From: Patescibacteria group bacterium | GTDB taxonomy: Bacteria > Patescibacteriota > Minisyncoccia > Phycocordibacterales > PALSA-1337 | Direction: 5' to 3' | NCBI GenBank assembly: GCA_038065415.1 | Contig: JBBTRA010000005.1 | Location: 8,079 to 72,078, forward strand | Length of the DNA stretch: 64,000 bases | Part shown: positions 37,854-47,485 of the stretch, in pieces | How the letters are laid out: each line of letters opens with the position of its first letter | Position numbering within the stretch: position 1 is the stretch's first letter | Translations under genes and position numbers: made by a program | Notes under the pieces: model-generated | What the model saw: the letters and a program-made list of their open reading frames with translations, nothing else | The model's database searches: none | What the model was told of the DNA's origin: nothing

Positions 37854-38015
37854 GCGCTATTCTCTGTGCTTTCTATGGTTTTGTGTTTGTACTGCTGTTC
37901 ATTTCGGGCTTTGAAGCCCAAATCCATTCAAGGATGACATTACCATAATATGGCTATTTGTCAATAAAAAAACTGCACGACTAGTCGTGCAGTGGGTGCT
38001 CATATGCAAAGATCA

Positions 38016-38837
38016 TTATTCGGGAATATGTTTGGCCTGGAGGAAGTCCGTGACGAGTTGCCGCACGTCCGGCCGGTCCATGAATGGATCAAGACACCTT
38101 TTGGGATCATCGCAGTAGATGTGGCCGAGGATGAATGCTACAACACTCTCGCAGAGCTCTTCGCCGACACGTTCGATGAATTTGGGGTCTCCGGTACTCG
38201 TGGGCAATGGCCGGTACGCCGCAGCGTAGTGCGAGATCGCCGGATACTTCGACGCTGCCAAGACGAACTTGGCGAAGAACATCCGGGCATCCATGGGGAC
38301 AAGGCCGGGCATCTTGATCATGTATAGGCGACCCAGGCTGTACCACATCGGATTGATGATTGTATGTACATACTCATGGATCAAGGCGTGCACCTGCATG
38401 TAGCGGGCGATATCTGGAGGTGTCTGACCGAGATGGTACAGTCTAATCCATTGCTCCTGAAGATCAGTGGTCCATGTATTGGGCGCGCTGTATCCCGGCA
38501 CTATCGCGCGGGGCGAGAGCGCTTCTTCGGCCACCTGCGTCGTCTCGGGTTTTGCAAAAGTGGTACCTTTGGCGAACCAGGTGAATGGCATGCCGATGAT
38601 CTTGGTCAGGACTGAGCGATCACGCGCGCTCTGTGGGAAGCGCATCAAGGCGTTGCTGATCTCATGGCTACTGAGGTGAAGATGCTCGGCACCTTCTATG
38701 GCCTCATAGCGGACTTTGATATCCGTGTCGAGCCAATGGAGATTTTTGCTGACGGCGGCGCGATTGGCGGTGAGCCAGTCGATGACAGGTCCGAGATCGA
38801 ATCCGGCGAGGGGGTCGGGGGCGGTGTGTGCGTTCAT
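38016..38837 (-). CDS. Putative zinc metallopeptidase
   Basis: LIHEYVH plus downstream ISHYA...EELCES. Confidence 0.6.
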   Translation of the reverse strand: MNAHTAPDPLAGFDLGPVIDWLTANRAAVSKNLHWLDTDIKVRYEAIEGAEHLHLSSHEISNALMRFPQSARDRSVLTKIIGMPFTWFAKGTTFAKPETTQVAEEALSPRAIVPGYSAPNTWTTDLQEQWIRLYHLGQTPPDIARYMQVHALIHEYVHTIINPMWYSLGRLYMIKMPGLVPMDARMFFAKFVLAASKYPAISHYAAAYRPLPTSTGDPKFIERVGEELCESVVAFILGHIYCDDPKRCLDPFMDRPDVRQLVTDFLQAKHIPE

Positions 38838-38926
38838 AGGGGGGCTTTCAATGGTTCAGGTTCCTGATGACCATACCATGATGTGGGGTTTTGTCAATAA
38901 CATCTCTCTGCTGGTATAATCGCCGC

Positions 38927-39394
38927 ATGAGCACGACAAAGAACTATTGGCTGATCAAATCCGAAGCCACCTGCTACTCGATCGATGACTTGGCTCGCGA
39001 TAAGGTGGCGCCTTGGACGGGCATTCGTAATTTCCAGGCGCGCAACTATATTCGTGACGGTATGCGTCCCGGTGATCGCGCGCTCTTCTATCACTCGAGC
39101 GGCACCCCAACGGCTCCTTCAGGTGTCTATGGTATCGCTGAGGTGGTGAGCGAGCCCTATCTCGATCCGACAGCTCTGGATGTACGGGATGAACACTATG
39201 ATCCAAAGGGTGCTGACTGGGTAGCCGTAGACATGAAGTTCGTCTCCAAACTAGACCGCCCGGTGACGTTGGCGGATATCAAGAAGGATCCGCTCCTCCG
39301 TAAGATGCTGGTGGCCAAGCAGGGGCAGAGATTGAGTGTGATGCCAGTGACGAAGGAGGAGTTTGAGGGGGTGGTGGGGAGGTGGGAAAAATAA
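38927..39394 (+). CDS. EVE domain protein
   Basis: YWLIKSE, WTGIRNFQARN, GD..LFYHS, RLSVMPV. Confidence 0.93.
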   Translation: MSTTKNYWLIKSEATCYSIDDLARDKVAPWTGIRNFQARNYIRDGMRPGDRALFYHSSGTPTAPSGVYGIAEVVSEPYLDPTALDVRDEHYDPKGADWVAVDMKFVSKLDRPVTLADIKKDPLLRKMLVAKQGQRLSVMPVTKEEFEGVVGRWEK

Positions 39395-39426
39395 AAACCC
39401 CGCAAGAAAGCGGGGGTACGACATGG

Positions 39427-40107
39427 TCAAGCTGCGACAGCAGAATTCAACTGGAGAAGATCCAGTAATTCATGGATTTCTGCCTTCTTCGATTCGACAT
39501 CCTCGAGACTGAAGAACTGTTGCGCCCAGGTGGTGTGGTACTCCAGTTTTTCGAGGAACTCCAGTTGTTTCTGAAGAACGTCGATCGGCTTTTGATTCCA
39601 TTCACCAGCGAGCCCAAATATCACTTGTTGTATCCAGGCGACACTGAAACCTTGACTGAGGTCAGCGTCGCGTATGATCTGACTAGAAAGTCCGGGGCTC
39701 CGCGAATGCACGATGTGTGGATATTCAGTGGCCCGGATCAGTTGTGATATGTCCGTCAGATGAGCACGGTCTTCGGTTTGGATGTACTTTTCCAGTCCTC
39801 GTAACGCGCGCAAGACATTCAGATCATCGCCACCGGTCATGCCGGAATGGTCGAAATCATGGAACATCGCAGCGAGGAGCAGATTGCGCATCTGTCGGGG
39901 GCTTAGCTCCTTCTTGTAGAAGATGCATGCCTGGTAGCACAGCCAGACCACATGGAACATGTGGCGGAAGTTGTGGTACGGGTGGTTGAGGTTCTGCGCG
40001 TTGTTGAAGACCGCCTGGAAGTAGGGAACGAGGTTACCGGCGTACAATCCGTCGTCATTACGCATGATTGATGCGAGGCTACCGCGTACAGCATTGCTGG
40101 GTTTCAT
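39427..40107 (-). CDS. HD-domain phosphohydrolase (PDE-like)
   Basis: PYHNFRH, AAMFHDFDH, IRDADL. Confidence 0.8.
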   Translation of the reverse strand: MKPSNAVRGSLASIMRNDDGLYAGNLVPYFQAVFNNAQNLNHPYHNFRHMFHVVWLCYQACIFYKKELSPRQMRNLLLAAMFHDFDHSGMTGGDDLNVLRALRGLEKYIQTEDRAHLTDISQLIRATEYPHIVHSRSPGLSSQIIRDADLSQGFSVAWIQQVIFGLAGEWNQKPIDVLQKQLEFLEKLEYHTTWAQQFFSLEDVESKKAEIHELLDLLQLNSAVAA

Positions 40108-40266
40108 AAAGATAGAGACCTTTCGTTTTATTTAGTTTTTTCTGCTACCATTCAGATTACTTTTTAACATTTGAAATATAAGTTGTCAATTATAAGGGAG
40201 AAATGACCATAAGCTATCCCAAATAAAACCCCCGTCATCTAACGGGGTATGGGAGCCAGGTGCGGC

Positions 40267-40623
40267 TCAGTTCTTCCAATTCTTCTCAGGGTCACCGCCG
40301 AGATCGGGGGCCGGGATAGGCTCCCATTTTTCGACGCAGAGCTCTTTCCAGTCTTCCCGGTAATCAGTCAGGAATGTCGCTTCGGTGGTACGTCCGTCGC
40401 GGTATTGAATGTATGCCCGGAAGATCGTGCCGCGGATTCCGTCTTGGCATCCTCCCTTGAAGTCGGTGGCCATCGAAGCGGTGAATTCGCTCTTTGAGGA
40501 TCCCTCGAAGGGCAGGTAACGGGCCTCCGTTTCGAACATGTACTGAGCCATGGTGAAGAGGATCCTTCTCAGATTCTCGTCTGGGCGCTCGCCGACGCGG
40601 AGTAGTACGCAGATGTCAGTCAT
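40267..40623 (-). CDS. Hypothetical protein
   Basis: 118-aa ORF with TTGACT...CATAAT promoter and downstream hairpin. Confidence 0.6.
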   Translation of the reverse strand: MTDICVLLRVGERPDENLRRILFTMAQYMFETEARYLPFEGSSKSEFTASMATDFKGGCQDGIRGTIFRAYIQYRDGRTTEATFLTDYREDWKELCVEKWEPIPAPDLGGDPEKNWKN

Positions 40624-40708
40624 ATGAGCCTTGATGTGTGGTGAACTACGCGATACGCGGCTATTATGACAAAAAACACGCCAGAGTCAATTCCGCTATA
40701 ATAGTCGC

Positions 40709-40954
40709 ATGCACTACGCATACATCCTTCACTGTGCCGACGGTACCTACTATGTCGGCTATACCACTGATCTTGAGCGTCGCTTGCATACGCACAATCA
40801 CCTCAAATCTGGCGCCCACTACACCAAGATCCGTCGCCCGGTCGTCATGGTCTACAGCAAGAAGTTTCGCACGCTCGCCAAGGCGCGAGCAAAAGAAGCA
40901 GAGTGGAAACGGCTGACGAGGGCAGAGAAGCGAGAGATGATCGAAAGAGGATAG
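40709..40954 (+). CDS. GIY-YIG nuclease family protein (UPF0213)
   Basis: [34 protein letters not shown]. Confidence 0.93.
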   Translation: MHYAYILHCADGTYYVGYTTDLERRLHTHNHLKSGAHYTKIRRPVVMVYSKKFRTLAKARAKEAEWKRLTRAEKREMIERG

Positions 40955-41034
40955 GTGCTACCTTCTTTTGACTTTTGATGTGATTGTGGTACTTTGAAAA
41001 TAGACACAAACAACCAAACAGAAAGAGAAAGAAC

Positions 41035-41940
41035 ATGAACAAACCAATACCGTATGGCCCCGCCAATGAGCACCTCATCGGCACAGCCTTGAAAGAAATC
41101 GTCAGACGCGTCATGAATGAAATCTGGCGCCGGCGTATCGGATTCGTCGGGCAGGAGAAGATCAATGAACACAAGCCGGACAAACAAGACCGCGTCACAG
41201 ATGCTGACTTCGCTGCGCAGGAGATCTTCGTGCGCAAACTCACTGAGTGCTTCCCAGGCTATGGCATCGTCGCCGAAGAACACGGATTCAGCAGGCAATG
41301 TACGCTGGAGGGTGTGAACCTCTTCTTCACCGTTGATCCGCTCGATGGTACCAAGGCATTCGAGCGCCGGCAGTCGCAGGGCTTCGGTCCGATGCTCTCG
41401 CTGTGTACGGATGAGAAGGTCATCGCTGCGTTCGTTGGAGACTCCATGACACAGGAACTCTACTACTACCGGCCCGGATCGGACCGGGTGCATCGTCTGA
41501 ATTTCGGCGATCATCAGCATGAACTCCTTTCAACCGGAGGATCTGGGAAGCTCGCGGATCAGTATGTTTTGCTCCGGGATAATCCTCTGAATCTTCCACG
41601 CATCTATAGCAATATCGCCCAGTCGCTGAAGCATGGTGGAATGTTCAAGGAGATCGAGATTGCTGGTGGCGGCATCGGCACAGGAATGGCACGCCTCTGG
41701 AAAGGAGAAGTCGGAGGGTATGTCATCAAAGGTGGCATTCAACAGCCCTGGGATCTCTGGCCAGTATGGGGTATATCGGAGAAGCTCGGCTTCGTCTGGA
41801 TGCGTCATGATGGGTTGGAATGGAGATCTCGGGAGATGGGCCCCTCGATGACTCCCTCAATGTTCGCTGAACCCTCCATCATCATTCATGGTAGTCAGAA
41901 GAACAACTTCTTGTGGGCTGCAAAGGGCTACTCCTTTTAG
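41035..41940 (+). CDS. Inositol monophosphatase superfamily protein
   Basis: VTDAD, AEE, VDPLDGTKAF, PWDL. Confidence 0.85.
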   Translation: MNKPIPYGPANEHLIGTALKEIVRRVMNEIWRRRIGFVGQEKINEHKPDKQDRVTDADFAAQEIFVRKLTECFPGYGIVAEEHGFSRQCTLEGVNLFFTVDPLDGTKAFERRQSQGFGPMLSLCTDEKVIAAFVGDSMTQELYYYRPGSDRVHRLNFGDHQHELLSTGGSGKLADQYVLLRDNPLNLPRIYSNIAQSLKHGGMFKEIEIAGGGIGTGMARLWKGEVGGYVIKGGIQQPWDLWPVWGISEKLGFVWMRHDGLEWRSREMGPSMTPSMFAEPSIIIHGSQKNNFLWAAKGYSF

Positions 41941-42030
41941 TTTTCAGTTGAGTACACGCGCATGGCTACCGTCATGCGCTTTTTAATACATAAAAATCCC
42001 ATTCGTGAGAATGGGATCGAGGTGACAGAG

Positions 42031-43836
42031 CTACTTCTTTTTGGTAGTACGTTTCGGCTTCTTGACCGTGTACTTGCGGGCAAAGACGAAGACCGTCTCA
42101 TAGTCCGTGGTGATGGACTTGTCCAGCCGCAGACGCTCGGGGTAGCTGTTGCTGAAACAGAATGACTGCGCATACCACGAATGGAAACCGGCAGGGTAGG
42201 GTGAGACGCCCCACTTGATGTCGAAGGTTTGGATCTCGATGATGACTGGGTCACCACCGATCAGGATATCAGGTTGTTTCATCTTGGCTGAGGTCGCCTT
42301 GATCGCCTTGCTCTTGGAGAAGTAGTCTAGGAAGGTCTTCTCCGAGCGTTTGTCCAGTCGCGCGATGATCCCGAAGATCGGGGCATACAGTGCGATGAAC
42401 TTTGACCGGGCCGTACCTTTGGTCGAGGCCTTCTTCGTGAGGTCGGGTGGAGATGTTTTGTACTCCTCATACAGTGATACCAGATCTGCGCCTCGCGGGA
42501 TATCATCCAACATGGCCGTAATCTGATGCTTTATCGCTGCAAATGCGGGGGAGAGGTAGCCGAGCTTCTTGGCACCTTGCATGATGAATGCATCGTGCAG
42601 TGTTAGTACTTTGCCGAACTGTGCCCGATCCTTCACGGCTACCGCGATGATGTGACGCCGTAGGTCGATGAGACGCTTCCGCTGTTCGTCGAGCTTGATC
42701 TGTGGGCCATTGGGATCGAGATTGACCTTGGTGACTGGCAGATAGGCGCCGAGCGATACATCATACAGACCGACGAGTGCCCCGGTGATGTTATCGGCCG
42801 TGCACCCCGCCTTCTTGTCGGCGAGGTAGAGTCCCATGAGTTTAGCATCGAAGGTTTCATATGCTTTGACCTTGGTGCTGCGGCCCATAGAGACGCGCCG
42901 TCCGTTACCATCCCAGCCTGATTGCACGATGCAGACACCTTCATGTCCCTGTCGCTCCTTCTCCTCGATGTATGCTTCGAGCTGGTGTTGGTTGGACAGT
43001 GGAGTCCGCTCAACGGTTCGTAGAGGCAACTCCTTTTGATTGAGGAATGCTTGAAGCTCGTCGAGTAGCTCGTCCACGAGCTGGTAGTTGATCGGCAGAT
43101 GACAGAGTGTGATCATCCGATCCAACTGTTGTTGCCGCGGCAGACCCCACGTTTTGGGGTGAGCGATGGCGAACAGGCCGTGGAAAGCCAGTGTGAGTGT
43201 GTGGTCGGGGAGAGGGATGCCCCATTTCATGACACCGACATTATCAAGCTCGGCAAGGTGGGCTTTGAGAGCATCGTCATCGATGAGTCCCTCTCCGGGC
43301 CGTGGCCACAGGCGTGGATTGGCCGGGAGGCGGACCTGGACGCGGTTGAAGCCGGCCAGATGTCGGTACTTCGCATTGATGAGTTCCGTATCACCGATCA
43401 TGATAGGCAAGACCTTGGTGAGTTTGGGCAACTCCGGCATCATGCGCCAGTCATACTGACTGAACTGCCGGGTGAAGCCGAGTTCACTCACGGTCCCCAC
43501 ATGGAGTTGGAGCCGGTATCCATTTTCTTTGACCGAGCCGCGCGTATAGACGCGGCCGTCGGGCAGCGAAAATGGTAGCGATGCAATCGATCCGACGAAG
43601 CTCGGGTTGAGAGACGCCATCGGCCGACCGATGGTTGGCATCGTTCCTTGCAGATAGACTCTGCGGTGATACTCCATCCAGCCAGCGATTTCGGCCGGTG
43701 TTCTGCTGGCGAGTTGGGGGATGTAGCGAGTGAGTTCCTCCATGAGCATGTGCTCGGTAGGAGACTCTGCGGTGAATGATCCGAACATGAGGTTGCGGAC
43801 GCGAGCCTCGGTATCAGGGCTGATATGACGGGACAT
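42031..43836 (-). CDS. Divergent ATP-dependent DNA ligase-like nucleotidyltransferase
   Basis: Motif I KENGYRLQLH, III IGDTEL, IV EGVCI, V TKVK, OB-fold LVGLYD, VI-like YPERLRLDK. Confidence 0.7.
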   Translation of the reverse strand: MSRHISPDTEARVRNLMFGSFTAESPTEHMLMEELTRYIPQLASRTPAEIAGWMEYHRRVYLQGTMPTIGRPMASLNPSFVGSIASLPFSLPDGRVYTRGSVKENGYRLQLHVGTVSELGFTRQFSQYDWRMMPELPKLTKVLPIMIGDTELINAKYRHLAGFNRVQVRLPANPRLWPRPGEGLIDDDALKAHLAELDNVGVMKWGIPLPDHTLTLAFHGLFAIAHPKTWGLPRQQQLDRMITLCHLPINYQLVDELLDELQAFLNQKELPLRTVERTPLSNQHQLEAYIEEKERQGHEGVCIVQSGWDGNGRRVSMGRSTKVKAYETFDAKLMGLYLADKKAGCTADNITGALVGLYDVSLGAYLPVTKVNLDPNGPQIKLDEQRKRLIDLRRHIIAVAVKDRAQFGKVLTLHDAFIMQGAKKLGYLSPAFAAIKHQITAMLDDIPRGADLVSLYEEYKTSPPDLTKKASTKGTARSKFIALYAPIFGIIARLDKRSEKTFLDYFSKSKAIKATSAKMKQPDILIGGDPVIIEIQTFDIKWGVSPYPAGFHSWYAQSFCFSNSYPERLRLDKSITTDYETVFVFARKYTVKKPKRTTKKK

Positions 43837-43949
43837 TGGTTTCCTTTGGTTTCGTGGTTGCAGTTTTCAAATTTCTCTCCTCACTTGGTAACATTTTTTT
43901 GGCTGTATGTCAAACTTATCTGCCTGAGAATCGCGCTATACTAGTCCAC

Positions 43950-44516
43950 ATGCTCGAGTATCCACTACATTCAGCCGCAGGTATTTCATACACGCTCATT
44001 CGCCGCCGCAAACGGTCTATCAGCGTCTCAGTGCGCCATACTGGTGAGGTCATCGTGAGTGCGTCTCCGCTTGTGCCAATGATGCTCATCGAGCGGTTCG
44101 TCGGGAAGAAAGCGTCATGGATCCGTGAGAAGCAGGTATATTTTGCCGCACATCCTGTAAGTGCCTATAGTCTGCTGCTGCATAAAAGAGACCGCCGCGA
44201 ATTCAAATCACTCAAAGAAAAGGCGCTCGTCGTGCTGACGGAGCGACTCGAACATTTCAATAAGATGTACGGCTTCGTTTACGGACGCATCTCCATCCGC
44301 GACCAGCACTCGCGCTGGGGTTCGTGCTCCGCAAAAGGGAACATCAATTTCAACTACAAGCTCATCTTGTTGCCTGACGAGTTACGTGACTATGTGGTGG
44401 TGCATGAGCTCTGCCATCTCGGTGAGCTCAATCATTCGAGAAAGTTTTGGGCGCTCGTAGAGCGGGCTGTTCCTGAATACAAGAAATTGCAGAAAAAGTT
44501 GAGAGGGTTGGACTAG
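43950..44516 (+). CDS. YgjP-like (DUF45) metal-dependent hydrolase
   Basis: RWGSCS, DYVVVHELCHL..NHS..FW. Confidence 0.92.
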   Translation: MLEYPLHSAAGISYTLIRRRKRSISVSVRHTGEVIVSASPLVPMMLIERFVGKKASWIREKQVYFAAHPVSAYSLLLHKRDRREFKSLKEKALVVLTERLEHFNKMYGFVYGRISIRDQHSRWGSCSAKGNINFNYKLILLPDELRDYVVVHELCHLGELNHSRKFWALVERAVPEYKKLQKKLRGLD

Positions 44517-45892
44517 TTCGCTGAGCTCCCCGCAACCCACCCCGTCGTCCAACAGAGTTGCAAACTATATCCTCCTGATGGTCTATCAATATCGAGCAGA
44601 TCGCCGACGATGTGGAGATTCGGAACGAGGCGTGAACGCATTGTTTTCCAGTCGATTTCATCAAGGGAAACGCCGCCCGAAGTGATGATTGCTTTGTCGG
44701 CCCCGAGGAGTCCTGTCGGATGTATTGGTACACCTTTGAGGAGCTTCACCAATGCCAGACGCTCCTCGCGGGTGACGCTGTGACATGCAACTTCTTCGTC
44801 GATACCTGATTGTGTGACGATTGTTGACACCAATGATGAAGGGATGAGTGCTGACAATGCATTCTTGAACTTCTTGTTACTCTGCTTCTTGAAAAGCTTC
44901 TGCAGGGCTTCGTTGAGAGTGGCATAGTCATGTGCAGGGAGGAGATCGAGCGAGAGGACCACCTCGCCGTATTTGAGGAGCTCGTCGATCTCTGAGCTCA
45001 TATTGAGGACAGCGGGTCCCGAGAGTCCGAAGTGGGTGAAGAGGACCTTGCCTTTTTTGACTGACTGCTTGCCAGGTACTTTAGCGCCATTCTGGAAGAG
45101 AGTGATTTTAGCCTGTGGCAATGAGAAGCCAGAGAGATCTCTGACCCACTCATCGCTAACCTTCACGGGGACGAGCGCAGCGCGCGGCTCAGAAACTACA
45201 TGACCCATTTGGGCGAGCCACTTGAATCCATCACCTGTTGATCCGGTTTCAGGATGCGATTTGCCGCCGGTCGCTAGGACAAAGTTCTTTGCACGGATCA
45301 GTGAGCCGTCTTTGAGCTTGAGCGCGGTGATTTTTTTCTGTCCACCTACCCCTTGTTCGTTTCTTTCTATTTCTTGTTCCATAACAAACCCAACGACCGC
45401 CGCATTTGACTTCACAGTTACTGAACCGGACTTCATATACTCGACGAGTACGTCCCAGACGGATTGGGCTTTGTTGGACAGAGGGAACACACGCTTCTCC
45501 GCCTCTACTTTTGTCGGCATGTTGCGGCTATGAAAAAAATCGAACGCATCGGCGACGCCGTATTGAGAGAATGTTGAGAAGAGATATTTGTCACTATCCT
45601 TGAATTTTGCGAGAAGCGTGCGCGTATCAGTTTCGGCGTTGGTTACATTACAGCGACCTCCACCGGTGATGAGAAGTTTCCTTCCGAGGCTGTCATTTTT
45701 CTCGAGTAGAACAACCTTAAGTCCGCGTTCGGCTGCACGTCCAGCCGCCATCATCCCCGCAGGGCCGCCGCCGATCACGGCGACATCGTAGAGAGCGTCA
45801 GCTGTAGCTGTTTCGGGTACGACAGGACTGCTGTTTTCATGAGCGTTTCGGAGGGTTTCAGGTGTCAGTGCTTGGAGGGGAGTGCGTTTCAT
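44513..45892 (-). CDS. HI0933/BaiN-family flavoprotein
   Basis: GGGPAGMMAA, GRKLLITGGGRCNVTN, ATGG.S.P.TGSTGDG, LFTHFGLSGPA, GGY.LQ. Confidence 0.93.
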   Translation of the reverse strand: MKRTPLQALTPETLRNAHENSSPVVPETATADALYDVAVIGGGPAGMMAAGRAAERGLKVVLLEKNDSLGRKLLITGGGRCNVTNAETDTRTLLAKFKDSDKYLFSTFSQYGVADAFDFFHSRNMPTKVEAEKRVFPLSNKAQSVWDVLVEYMKSGSVTVKSNAAVVGFVMEQEIERNEQGVGGQKKITALKLKDGSLIRAKNFVLATGGKSHPETGSTGDGFKWLAQMGHVVSEPRAALVPVKVSDEWVRDLSGFSLPQAKITLFQNGAKVPGKQSVKKGKVLFTHFGLSGPAVLNMSSEIDELLKYGEVVLSLDLLPAHDYATLNEALQKLFKKQSNKKFKNALSALIPSSLVSTIVTQSGIDEEVACHSVTREERLALVKLLKGVPIHPTGLLGADKAIITSGGVSLDEIDWKTMRSRLVPNLHIVGDLLDIDRPSGGYSLQLCWTTGWVAGSSAN

Positions 45893-46022
45893 GCGAGCAT
45901 CGTAGCATTTTGACACAACATTGTCTATTATGTTGTGATTTTTTGCATATCGCTCTGGCATAACCTTGGATATTAAAAAGCGCAGCATCCCCTAGAGGAA
46001 CGCTGCACTGGTGGCTGGTCGA

Positions 46023-47282
46023 TCAATCAGCCTTTGGATAGAACACCGAGAGGTGTTTGTGCCATTTCTTGAGGAGCTCGATCAAAGTCCCCTGGAATCC
46101 CGGCTCCTTGCAGAGCTCAGCAAGATGCCTCCGCAAAGGCTCTTCGCGGTGATGAGGCCGGTTCTCGGAACAGATATCCACGACACCGGGGAAGAACTCC
46201 TCTGCATAGCGACTCGCAGCCAGGATGACTGCGCGGTCTACTCGCACCGTCTCCGTAATGAATCTCCTGATGAGCTCATCGGTGACGCGGCAGGGGCGTA
46301 CATTCATGGTCTGGTATCGGTTCCAGAAGAAGGTTCCTTCGGTCCGGAGTCCGTAGTACGCCGCCAGACTTTTCATGGTGAAGCCTGTGTTCGCAAGCTC
46401 CACGTCTGTCGTCTCGAACAGGTCGGATGGTAGTTCTCCGCTCTGCACCTCGAACACATCGGGAGATATGATGCCCATGCTGATGAGCGTATAATCTCCG
46501 ATCGTGTTCATGAATGCCTCTTCGAAGTCTGCTGCGCTACTCTGGTATCGTGCTCGTTGGAACCGCTTCACAAAACGCCGGTAGAGGCGCTCCGAGAGGA
46601 GGAAGTCCAATTGTTTGAGCACAACCGAGTCGAGGCAGAAGTCCCTGAGGATAGGGCGTCCCGAATCATCTTTCTGCGCGAGCAGATAGAGGAGTCCGTA
46701 CTGAATGGATTCAATCGCCGGTGTGACCGCCTCGACGATTGCGAGTGCATCCGACATCTCGTTGACCGAGAGGAAGGACACGGATCGTTTCCGCGCGATG
46801 TTTTTGAGACGCTCCTGTTCTACCACGAGCTCATTTTTGAGTCCTTCGCGGTCACGATAGGCTTGACCGAAGAGTTGCCGGGTCGTCTTGAACGGCTCGG
46901 TACTCGGTCTGTCTGCAACATTGATGGCGTGTATGAACACACCGTCAGCGGTGCTCGTGTGATAGAGGAGGTCGAGCGTGAAGTCCATCACGGTACGCTG
47001 CGTCGGCGCTGCGAAGGCGTCGGGGCGCAGGATGATCTGGTTCCGGATGCTCTCTTCGGTGAACGTTGCGGTGATCGCTTGTTTGAGAGGACCTTCTGGG
47101 ATGCGAGCGAGTATGACCCCGATGACATCCTTGAGTAGGTCTGGAGGATTGCCTCCTCCCTCCTTTCGCAGGAGAGCGATCGTTTGAGCGAGCCCCTGAG
47201 CGAATTCCACGCGCAGGTCGAGCTCGAGAGAGTGGCTCTGGGTGAGGCCGTGTGACATGCTGAGGTGAAGTCCCAAGCTCAT
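46023..47282 (-). CDS. Hypothetical protein with sigma54 region-I-like N-terminus
   Basis: Leu/Gln/Ser-patterned N-terminus ending LAQTIALLR; helical body; own promoter and terminator. Confidence 0.65.
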   Translation of the reverse strand: MSLGLHLSMSHGLTQSHSLELDLRVEFAQGLAQTIALLRKEGGGNPPDLLKDVIGVILARIPEGPLKQAITATFTEESIRNQIILRPDAFAAPTQRTVMDFTLDLLYHTSTADGVFIHAINVADRPSTEPFKTTRQLFGQAYRDREGLKNELVVEQERLKNIARKRSVSFLSVNEMSDALAIVEAVTPAIESIQYGLLYLLAQKDDSGRPILRDFCLDSVVLKQLDFLLSERLYRRFVKRFQRARYQSSAADFEEAFMNTIGDYTLISMGIISPDVFEVQSGELPSDLFETTDVELANTGFTMKSLAAYYGLRTEGTFFWNRYQTMNVRPCRVTDELIRRFITETVRVDRAVILAASRYAEEFFPGVVDICSENRPHHREEPLRRHLAELCKEPGFQGTLIELLKKWHKHLSVFYPKAD

Positions 47283-47330
47283 CGTATTTTCCTTTGGTAG
47301 TGGGTATAGGGTGTTTTCAAGTCTGAAATC

Positions 47331-47397
47331 ATTATAGCACCCTTATTTATAGCCGTCAATAGCTATATTGACAAATAGGTACCATATATGCTATAAT
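47331..47397. promoter_or_regulatory. Back-to-back divergent sigma70 promoters
   Basis: Minus: TTGACG (47359-47354)-17-TATAAT (47336-47331); plus: TTGACA (47368-47373)-18-TATAAT (47392-47397). Confidence 0.8.
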
Positions 47398-47485
47398 ATA
47401 CTATAGAGTAGGGTAATCGTGCCGCCTCGGGCGAATCACGGCCAACCTATGATAGACAGGTACACACAACGACGGAACTTTTAGA

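Noticed and set aside
37248-37937. Long plus-strand ORFs antisense to the 36846..37853 gene (and similar shadow ORFs elsewhere)
   Set aside because: Antisense shadows of GC-rich coding sequence; promoter, terminator and internal repeat support the minus-strand gene.
39427-43836. HD + GIY-YIG + IMPase + ligase as one nucleic-acid repair operon
   Set aside because: The genes alternate in strand and have separate promoters, so there is no evidence of co-regulation.
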